Origin: Tubulanus polymorphus
Taxonomy: Eukaryota > Animalia > Nemertea
NCBI RefSeq assembly: GCF_964204645.1
Contig: NC_134029.1
Location: forward strand, 12,302,850-12,366,849
Length of the DNA: 64,000 nucleotides
Direction of reading: 5' to 3'
The notes beneath the pieces were generated by a model. That model had not been told where the DNA came from, did no database searches, and worked only from the letters and a program-made list of their open reading frames with translations. Position numbers and translations under genes: made by a program. Every line of letters begins with the position of its first letter. The first letter of the stretch is position 1. Positions 54,601 to 64,000 of the stretch are shown in pieces.

Positions 54601-55545
54601 AAACCTTAGTAGAGCATATCTATACGAAAGAATTGCAATAAACTGAAATTAATTCCGATATTTTCATAACAATCCTCAGAAATTAAGCAATTTCATAAAG
54701 TTGCACAAGGTCTATGGACAAATTGATTTCATACAAGAAAATTCTATGATTTTAGTGAAGTTAGTTTTTAAGACAAATAACTAAATTCAAAACAACTTAT
54801 TACCCCGATGAATGATTTTCGTTAGAAAGAGTAAAACAATGTCAAAAGTTCTAGAATCCTATTGGTTGATTTTGATTGAAATCATGGGGTAAATTTTATC
54901 TTTTATATGACGAGTGACTGTTTCCACAAACTTGATATAAGCATTGCAACAGACTATACTCAGAACAAATGTTTGACCACCTATCTGGGAAAACTTCTAC
55001 TTCAAATTATATCAAATTGAATTAAAATTTATTACGTACCTGTAGGTAAGTTTCGAAGAGATCAAAAAGAAGCCAGAAAACGCATGAGATTCATACGGTT
55101 ATGTAGAAATTTTTCTTTTACATCTTTTAAGACATCAAAATAAGACATATCTTTTTCTATGAATAGATGCAACACCTAATATCGAAATCTGGCCACTCAA
55201 TATGAAGAGAATTGTTTGAATCATTCGAGTTTGTACATTATTTAGGAAAACTGTATTCCTGTCCAAAAGTTGCACAGGTCGTTAGACAAAAATACGTTTT
55301 GATTAAGGGTAACTCATACCCATACAAATTGTATTGTTAGAGATACATTAGTAGAGTATATCTATATAAAAGAATTGCAATAAAATGAAATTAATTCCGA
55401 TTTTCAATAACAATCCAAATTGTAATGCCCTCATATATATTAAGCAATTTCATATAGTTGCACAAGATCTATGGACAAAATGATTTTGTACAAGAAAATT
55501 CTATGATTTTTGTGAAATTAGTTTCACAGACAAATAATTGAATTT
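18670..55545 (+). repeat. Satellite array of ~49 head-to-tail monomers of ~738-758 bp (mean ~752), AT-rich, with several recombining subtypes
   Basis: The landmark gaaattaagcaatttcat recurs at ~18670, 19423, 20161, 20917, 21658 ... 53265, 53853, 54679 and 55437. Confidence 0.99.
19423..45049 (+). repeat. Two tandem copies of a 17-monomer, 12,788-bp higher-order repeat
   Basis: Private variants recur at +12,788 (identical spurious ORF at 22013/34801; short deletion ~24775/37563; tggggat ~25741/38529; actttcct ~31053/43841). The landmarks 19423, 32211 and 44999 are 17 monomers apart. Confidence 0.96.
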
Positions 55546-55914
55546 TTAAATCACAAAAACGTCCATAACTTTTTTATTTTTGAAGGTTAACTTTGAAACT
55601 CGGTGTCAAATGAAAACTTATGATAGGAGAAAAACGATTGAAAAGAATAATCCAGTTTAGCCCTAGTTTAGTTATTTTCGCTATCATAAGAAAATGACTA
55701 GGGAACCAAAGGCCAACATTGCTTTTCCAAGTTTTTCAAAAATTTCTTAAGCTAATAACTATGTCCGGTTTTCAGATAAACCCGTTTTGCAGACGCTATT
55801 TTGACTCTTTTTTACATTCTTCAAGTCGTCTGACTCGTTAAAAGTTTGTTTGAAGTCCCTATTTTTCTTAGTTAACCAAAAATATAGGGGGCGCTGCTAC
55901 TCAATGGAAGGTTG

Positions 55915-58330
55915 TGCGTGCATTTTCTAAGTTTGTACACTTAGATAAGAGCCTAACTTATTTGCCTGCCAAGGGTCGCCAGAGAAGTTAGATGGGGGTC
56001 AATTTTCAGGTCTCAATTTTCAGGTTTCAACTATCTCTGACACTCATTTATGAGGTTTTGGCAGGAGGCGCCTAGGCTAAACGGACCCCCAGCCCAAGGG
56101 TTTTAATGGTTCTATACCTTAGGACCCCTTTTAAATACCTGAGAAGTTTCAGAACCCTAGAGGGTCGCCTGAGAAGTAAGAAGGGGGTCACTTTTCAGGT
56201 CACAACTTGGTGTATTTTCAACTATCTCAAACACTCATTTTCACAGTTTGGGCAGGGGATGACTAGGCTCATCGGACCCCAGCAAAATAATTCTGCTCCG
56301 CAAATAAGAGTCTAGGGTCATTTTCTAAGCGTCGTACACTTAGATAAGACCATCCCCTATCTAAAAAAATATTGTAGGGTGCTAAGAGCTTTCTACAAAG
56401 TCGGCCGGGAAGTTAGAAGGGGTTCGCTTTTCGTGGTCGTGCGCTGCGGCCAGAGACCACTGGTATGGCCACGCGACACAGTTTCTCGCTCCACAACTAA
56501 GGGTCTAGGGCCCTTTTTAATGATTTGCGCACTTAGATTCGACCCTCCTCTGTCTAAAAAATTTGAGTGTGCTAAGAGCTTTCTAAAGGGTCACCCGAGA
56601 AGTTAGAAGGGGGTCCCTTTTCAGCTCTCAATCTCAAAAAACTCATTTTCGCAGTTGTGGCAGGGGGCACCTAGGCTCAACAGACCCGCGGCCCAGGGTT
56701 TTAAAGGTTCTATTCGTATTATAGGACCCCTTCTAAATACCAAAGGACCCTCCGACCCCCCGCAATGTGGTTCTGCGGCTGCCAGAGACCCCTGGTATGG
56801 CTGCGTGACAAAGTTTCTCACCCCACAACCACGGGTCTAAGGCCCTTTTTTAAGCTTTGCACATTTAGAATAGACACTCCCCTAGGCGCATAAGAAGATT
56901 CGGATCACTAGGTTCATTATTAGGGTCACCCAAGAAGTATGAAGGGGGTGGCTTTTCAGGTCTCAATGTAGTGTATTTTCAGTCTATCTCCGACACTCAT
57001 TCTCGCAGTTTGGGCAGGGGACAACTAGGTGCATCGGACCCCAGCAAAAAATTCTCAACAGACCCCCGGCCAAGGGTTTTAATGGTTCTATACTTACTAA
57101 ACCCCTTCTACATATCCGAGAAGTTTCAGAACCCTTGGCCCTCTCTACAGGGTCCTCCTACCCCCCTCCCCCCCCCGAAATGTGGTTGTGCGGCTGCCAG
57201 AGACCCCTGGTATGGCCGCACGACGTTTCTGGCTTCGCAACCCATGGTCTAAGGGCCTTCTTTTAAGCTTTGCACACTTCGATTAGACCTTCCCCTAAGT
57301 GCCTCAGAAGTTTCAGAGCCCTAGGGCCACTATCAAGGGTTGCCCGAGAAGTTAGAAGGGGGTCACTTTTCAGGCCTTAATGTAGTGTATTTTCAGTCTG
57401 CAACCCTCATTTTTGCCGTTTGGGTGCCTAGGCTCAACGGACCCACGGCCCCAAGATTTTAATGGTTCAGTATTATAGGACCCTTCTAAATACCTGAGAA
57501 GTTTCAGAGCCCTCTCTAAAGATTCCTCTGACCACCCCAAATGTGGGCCTGCGGCGGCCAGAGACCCCTGGTATGGCAGGGCAACAAAGTTTCTAGCTCC
57601 GCAACCAAGGGTCTAGGGCCTTTTTTTAAGCTTTGCCCATTTAGATTAAACCCTCTTCTAGGTGCCTAATAAGTTGCACAGCCATTTCGCAGTTTGGCCA
57701 CTCATTTTCGCAGTTTGGGCATGGGGCGCCTAGGCTCAACAGTACCCCGCCCCAGGCTTTTAATGGTTCTATATGTACGATAGGACCCCGTCTAAATACG
57801 CGAGAAGTTTTAGAGCCCTAGGCCCTCTCTAAAGGGTGGAGCGCATCCCCGGAAAATTTTTCAGCTCTGCGAATAAGTCAAGGGTCCTTTCTAAGCCCCG
57901 TACCCTTAAATAAGATCTCCCCTAACTAAAAAAATATTGGAGGGTGCTAAGAGTTTTCTAAAGGGTCGCCCAAGAAATTAGAAGAGGGTAGCTTTTTAGC
58001 TCTCGATCTCCGACACTCATTTTCATGGTTTGGGCAGGGACGCATAGGCTCAACGGTCCCACGGCCAAAGGTTTTAATAGTTCTGTACGTACAATAAGAA
58101 CCCTTCTTAATACCCGAGAAATTTCAGAGTCTAAAAAGGGTCCTCTCTAAAGGGTCCTCCGACACCTGGAAAAGTGGTTGCGTGGCAGCGTGAGGTCCAT
58201 GGTATGGCCGCGCAACAAAGTTTCTGGCTCCGCAACCAAGGGTCTAAGGCCCTTTTTAAACTTTGTACACTTAGATTTAACCTTTCACTAACAGCCTGAG
58301 ATGTTTCAGAGTCCTATGGCCACTATTAAG
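55915..58330. repeat. GC-richer modular tandem repeat with shuffled units of ~330-420 bp
   Basis: Recurrent modules: gagaagttagaagggg, cactcattttcgcagtttgggcagggg, cctaggctcaacggaccc, gggttttaatggttct, gccagagacc (56449, 56781, 57196, 57557) and cacacttagat. Confidence 0.88.
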
Positions 58331-58335
58331 GTACA

Positions 58336-60480
58336 AATGGACAAATGGAGTCTGTAAAAGAAAATGCTATGATTTTTGTGAAGTTAGTTTTAATTAAGTT
58401 TAACACAACTTATTATGCTGATGAAACGTTTTCCTTAGAAAGAATGACACAATGTTAAAATTCATAGCATTCTATTGGTTAATTTCAATTGAAATCATGG
58501 GGTAAATCTTATCTTTTATTTAAGGAATGACTGTTTCCACGAACTTTATAAAAGCGCTGCAACTGACTACACTCAGAACAAATGTTTGACCACCTATTGG
58601 GGAATACTTCTACTTCAATTATCTTCTATTATAATTATATCAAATTGAATGTAAACTTATCATGTACATGTAGGTAATTGTCAAACAGATCATATAAGCC
58701 TGAACATGAATTAGATTCATACGGTAATGTAAATATTTTGTCATATACATTTTTTAAGACAACAAAATAAAGCAGATCCTTTTCTTTGAATAGGAGCAAC
58801 ACCTTATATCAAAATCTGATCACTCAATATGAAGAGAATTGTTTGAACCGTTGGAGTTCACACATTATTCAAGAAAACTGTATTCAGATATATCCGTCCG
58901 ATATGCACAGGTCCTTGGATAAAAGATAAGTTTTTCCAAGGGTAACTCATACCCATACAAATAGTAAATTTTTGAGATACTGAAGAGAGAATCTGGTCAT
59001 TTAAAGCAAATAGAATTTCTTGGATTGAAGTTTGTATAGTATTCATAAAAACTGTATTTAGATTATCGGTCCTAGAGTTGCACAGGTTGGATAAGACACA
59101 AGTATTTTTCAGGTATAATAATGACCATCACAATCATATATTTTTGAGATGCCTTAATAGAGTATATTTATCTGAAGAGAGAAAAACGAAATGAAGTAAA
59201 ATAAAATCAATTTTGTTAATCCAATTGTACTCCTACTTGGAAAGCTCTCAGAATTTAAACAATCTCATAAAGTGATGATAGGTTTCTTACATTTTTGTAG
59301 TTTGTTTTATAGACAGGTGACATGTAAATGTAGGTAATTGTCAAACAGATCATATAAGCCTGAACATGAATTAGATTCATACGGTAATGTAAATATTTTG
59401 TCATATACATTTTTTAAGACAACAAAATAAAGCAGATCCTTTTCTTTGAAAAGGAGCAACACCTTATATCAAAATCTGATCACTCAATATGAAGAGAATT
59501 GTTTGAACCGTTGGAGTTCACACATTATTCAAGAAAACTGTATTCAGATATATCCGTCCGATATGCACAGGTCCTTGGATAAAAGATAAGTTTTTCCAAG
59601 GGTAACTCATACCCATACAAATAGTAAATTTTTGAGATACTGAAGAGAGAATCTGATCATTTAAAGCAAATAGAATTTCTTGGATTGAAGTTTGTATAGT
59701 ATTCATAAAAACTGTATTTAGATTATCGGTCCTAGAGTTGCACAGGTTGGATAAGACACAAGTATTTTTCAGGTATAATAATGACCATCAAAATCATATA
59801 TTTTTGAGATGCCTTAATAGAGTATATTTATCTAAAGAGAGAAAAACGAAATGAAATAAAATAAAATCAATTTTGTTAATCCAATTGTACTCCTACTTGG
59901 AAAGCTCTCAGAATTTAAACAATCTCATAAAGTGATGATAGGTTTCTTACATTTTTGTAGTTTGTTTTATAGACAGGTGATTGAATTCAGAACATTTTAT
60001 TTCCCTGATGAATCATTAACAAGTAATAGCATTCTATCGGATAATTCTTTTTGAAATAATAGGGTTAATCTGATCTTTCATTTGAGGAGTGACTGTTTCC
60101 ACAAACAGACTACCCAGAACAAATGTTTGACGACCTATTTGGGAATACTTCTGCTTCATTTTATATTAAATTGAATAGAAATTTGTCATTTACATGTAGG
60201 ATAGTATCAAATACAAGCTTGAACACAGATTAGATTTAAACTTTTATGTAGATATCTTGTCATATACTTTACTTGCGACAAGGATATCCAACAAATCCTT
60301 TCTTTAAAGTATGATATATCAGTCTAATATAACGTTCCTTATAAATTAAATGTAGCTTTATTATATACTTGTAGGGAAGTGTTAAACACATCAAATAGAC
60401 GCCTCAACATTCATTAGATTTATATGGTTACATAGATATTTTGACTTATACATTTTTGAGTGCAAGGAACTATGACAAAT
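58336..60480 (+). repeat. Degenerate monomers of the 752-bp satellite on the right flank
   Basis: Same orientation and landmark order (ctatgatttttgtgaagttag, tgaaatcatggggtaaatctt, cagaacaaatgtttgaccaccta), more diverged outward. A further trace lies at ~62050-62215. Confidence 0.88.
58661..59980 (+). repeat. 660-bp tandem duplication within degenerate satellite
   Basis: 58661-59320 versus 59321-59980, 654/660 identical by line-by-line comparison. Confidence 0.97.
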
Positions 60481-60584
60481 CCTTATATTTCAATATAAAC
60501 GGAACCTCATTTCTAAATCCTTCGTTTCATTTGATATATGGATATATACTTACTTACACATAGAAATGTGTAAGGAAAATAGAA

Positions 60585-61047
60585 CAATTCAAATCCTCAA
60601 AATACATACTTTAATTAAAAGGGAAAATATTGTTCTTAATAGTCAGTTAATAACCAGTTTGCATGAAAGTAGTAATGATGATAGTAATTCGTTTGAGTCC
60701 CGAATTTAAATCCTCAAAATATATACTTTAAATGGGAAAATAACCAGTTAATAAACAGTTTGCGTGAACACTAGACTTTTGTTTAGTCACAAATCTTTGA
60801 ATGTAGACAGGGGACTATAGTTTCTCAAAAAGGAGATAGGAATTCGTCTGAGTCCTGAATTTAAATCCTCAAAATACATACTTTAATTAAAAGGGAAAAT
60901 ATTGTTCTTAATAGTCAGTTAATAACCAGTTTGCATGAACTCTAGACTTTTTGTTGTTAAGTCACAAATATGCATGTACACAGAGGACTATAGTTCATCG
61001 TAGTGGAGATAGTAATTCATTTGAGTCCCCAATTTAAATCCTCAAAA
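60585..61047. repeat. Short diverged tandem repeat with units of 117-173 bp
   Basis: aaatcctcaaaa at 60591, 60708, 60863 and 61036. 60591-60667 is essentially identical to 60863-60939. Confidence 0.85.
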
Positions 61048-62369
61048 ACCCAGGAGATTCATTCCACTTTCTGGCAGTAGAATGTGTCTGCATATGCGTG
61101 TGAGCACTATGCTGTTGTGTGGTACTATATAACTAATACTGTCTTGTGGGAATGTTTGTCTTTGACCCAGTAATTATATAGATTTGCCCCCAATGAGATT
61201 TTATCACCATGATCATAGGTTCACAGAACAGTTAGTCTCAACATCAATTTGTTTCGACAAATAACAAAACAACTTCACTTTGAATTGAAGCAGAACCGTT
61301 CAAAACCTGATTATCAAATGTGGACAGAATTTCTTGCAACTTGAAGCTTCATTAAAGATCTGTATTCACATGAATCAGTCCTAAAAGTTACAAAGTAATA
61401 AATCCCCACCCAGATTGTATATTCTAGATGTCTTCATTGAGTATTCATAGAGAATAACTATTATTAAAATATTGATATTCTGTTAATATCCCTGGTTGAA
61501 AAACCATAAAAAGTTAACATACTGATTAAGTTTCATTAGGTCTATGGATGTATGAAAGTTTAACAGGGTCAATATAGAAAAGATCATACATTTCTCCAGA
61601 TGGTTTTATTAGCCACATTCACAATAGTTTTAGAAGGGTCTAAATTTGACCTCACTGATTTAGAACAGACCACGGACTCTAAAATGTTTTAGTCCATGAA
61701 GAGACCAAGCATTCACCTAAGTGAAACATCTGTTCCATTCAGTTTCATTTTAAACCAAACCAATTTAGACTAAATGATCAAATATCTAGAACGGACTGAA
61801 TCTGTGTGCGTGGACAGAAACATCCCAGGTCCATTCTAAATTCTGAGTCTCGGCGGTATGAATTTAATTAAAGTTAACTGGTCACCTAATCACCATCAAA
61901 CTGATAAATATAGTTTTCAAATTCAATATCATTTCAATATAAGTAGAATGATGTTTATTGATCTTAAAATCTGTCAAATGTGCTGGTCACAGAATATTCG
62001 TCCTCTTTACTTGATTTGAAAATAACCTAGATTTACTATAGATTGTTGTGTCCAGGAAAATCCATTCGTCAAATCTTTTCAATAAGAAAGAGTAATAAAA
62101 TGTTAAAATTATAGCATTTTATAGGATACTTTAACTGAAATCATAACTTGTGGTCTCATTATTTTATTGAGTGATTGTTGCCACAACTTTTATCAAAGCG
62201 CTGCAACTGACTATGGATAAACAATCCACATAAATGTACGTATATTCAATATAAAAAATTTTTCTTAATGGAAACTACAAAATTACAATTATTAACAGGG
62301 TTTTGATTACTTGAGGTAGATAATGCCAAATTCCCATGACCACAATTCAATTTTCAATTTACAACAGCT

Positions 62370-62940
62370 TTCATGAACAATAACAACCTTGATATGCTAT
62401 TACTTATTGTAAAAGGTTGAAATTGGTGATTTATATCAGTAAAAGTAAAGCTGTTGTATTTGAGAAAAGAAAGTCTGCTAGGCAAACTGTATATAACATC
62501 AATGGATGTCATCCTCTAGACTAGATACCTAAAACCTCAAGCAATCATGATTGCTCGTAGCTAAAACTGACTTTACGCTAGAAAATATCTCACATCATTA
62601 TCGCAAAGCCAAAGAATTTCGGTCAGTATATATAGATGTTCCAACCACAAATTACAAATGGAGAGGGATAGATAAGAAAAAAAGCCACAATACGCAATAT
62701 GGAACCAGGGACATACACAACCTGGGTCGCATATATAGGACTGTATATTGGGGTACATAAGTCCAGAAGCCCACTCAAATCTCATGCCGACATATATCTT
62801 CGTTACTTTGAAACAGAACATTAAAATTGGAGTAGCTTCAAATCTCTCCTTAGAGCCTACGAGATCAATCACTCTTAATATTTAGAATCTGAACTCAAGC
62901 ACATCAAACAATTCCTCTCTCAAATAGAATAGGGCCTGCT
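62370..62940 (+). mobile_element. Highly decayed non-LTR retrotransposon (LINE) ORF2 3' fragments
   Basis: ~62406-62507 translates YCKRLKLVIYISKSKAVVFEKRK..ING, resembling the RT C-terminal YC.KW.L.VN..KTK..VF pattern. IPLSNRI at ~62912 resembles the C-terminal segment. Confidence 0.55.
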
Positions 62941-63187
62941 GATATATTACACTTATGTAATCTTATGTTAAAACAATGAATCCTGAGGACCTAATCAGAT
63001 GCGGTATACATAAAATTCCCAGTGGTTAATAAGAAAAGGTTTTTATTAGAGAAACTGGCTGATCACTCATCATATGAATAAAAGTACACAGATGTTCCAT
63101 GAATGATAAACCTGAAAGTTCATAGTTTTATCATAGTATCTTCGAAACTGGTCAAATTTTCAATTTCAATCACAGGTAATTAATTAT

Positions 63188-63892
63188 CAGGGGTAGATCT
63201 AAGGGGGGTGAATAGGAGATAAAAATTTTCTGCGAGGGGCTTCTTCGTGTCAATATCCTCTAAGAAGATGAAATAAGAATGTTATTAGCTGCCTCAGAAT
63301 CAAAAATAACAGTAGCATTGCGACTTTATTGTATTATATACCTATTATATGACGCCGTACTATGCTACGAGCAATACGAGTTTGAGATCTCCAGGTGAAG
63401 ATATCATAAAATACACTTATGTACTGAATTGCTGATGACATTTTGACTGTGAAATAGTGATATTTAATACAGTTGATTGAACCATTTACGAGAGGTGCGG
63501 ATCTGCACTTACTTTACCGGACCATTCCGTTGTAGATGAGTTAGTGTATCTCCACCCATTCCGCTAGGCCGTATATGTATCCGATAAACGATTATTTTCC
63601 CAATCATAACTATTTGACTTCTTTCCCAATCTGTGTCAAAAATTTCCCAAAACAGTACCATGACAAATACTTGAGAAATGACCTGCTTCCCCTAATAATC
63701 TCATCAAAATTATCAATACCTCATCCTGGCCACGGCTCAGCAGGTTGTCATAATTTTCACAGAAACCATCGCACAAATACTGTCAAATTCCACCATTTTC
63801 CCAGAGGCTTTTTCAAAATTCGAGCTAATTGCAGTCTCTTCATTACGTTTCTTGTCAGCCATCCCCCTTGAAAAATCCTAGATCTGCCCCTG
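63188..63892. mobile_element. ~705-bp MITE
   Basis: Termini cagggg(t/c)agatcta, 13/14 inverted match, with G/C tracts inside. Flanked by direct ATTAT (63183-87, 63893-97). Confidence 0.75.
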
Positions 63893-64000
63893 ATTATATC
63901 CATGCAATGACCTTAGAAACTGACACATAGAATCAGCTATTATCACAGAAAATCTGAAAACTTTCAACTCTAATACGGGTTACTCTAGGCCTATAACAAA

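Noticed and set aside
18670-55545. CRISPR-like array or canonical CENP-B box
   Set aside because: Whole units repeat with no unique spacers and no cas genes. The TTCG and CCCG words I checked do not fit TTCGnnnnAnnCGGG.
55883-55900. tagggggcgctg CTCF-like site at the satellite border
   Set aside because: Only half the motif matches, lacking the CC(A/G)C part, and it is a single occurrence.
56106-57252. ORFs in the GC-rich block
   Set aside because: Overlapping short frames on both strands, as expected in a GC-rich repeat. Frames are not conserved between units.
58858-59706. Two identical 62-aa ORFs
   Set aside because: A by-product of the 660-bp duplication of degenerate satellite.

Overview
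AT-rich, repeat-dominated eukaryotic DNA. The repeat repertoire suggests an invertebrate animal, which is an inference. I cannot support any intact host gene. 1-18 kb is a transposon graveyard. It holds a two-exon ZNF862-like hAT transposase pseudogene (-, 4777-8003) with a TA-flanked 588-bp MITE upstream, and a decayed Ty3/Gypsy pol (PR-RT-RH-IN, ~9.3-12.7 kb). It also holds a three-level nest: a Helentron/HINE-like repeat, containing an 18-19-bp-TIR element (14403-16672), containing a Mutator-type element (14909-16430, 9-bp TSD). ~18.7-55.5 kb is a satellite of ~49 monomers of ~752 bp. Its core is two almost identical copies of a 17-monomer, 12,788-bp higher-order repeat, followed by a more mosaic right third and degenerate monomers at both edges. 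55.5-64 kb holds a GC-rich modular repeat interrupting the satellite, a 660-bp tandem duplication of old satellite, a short tandem cluster, a LINE remnant and a MITE. The best leads are the large-monomer HOR satellite with readable turnover scars, and an intron in the hAT transposase bounded by a direct repeat that carries both splice sites. All comparisons were made by eye.
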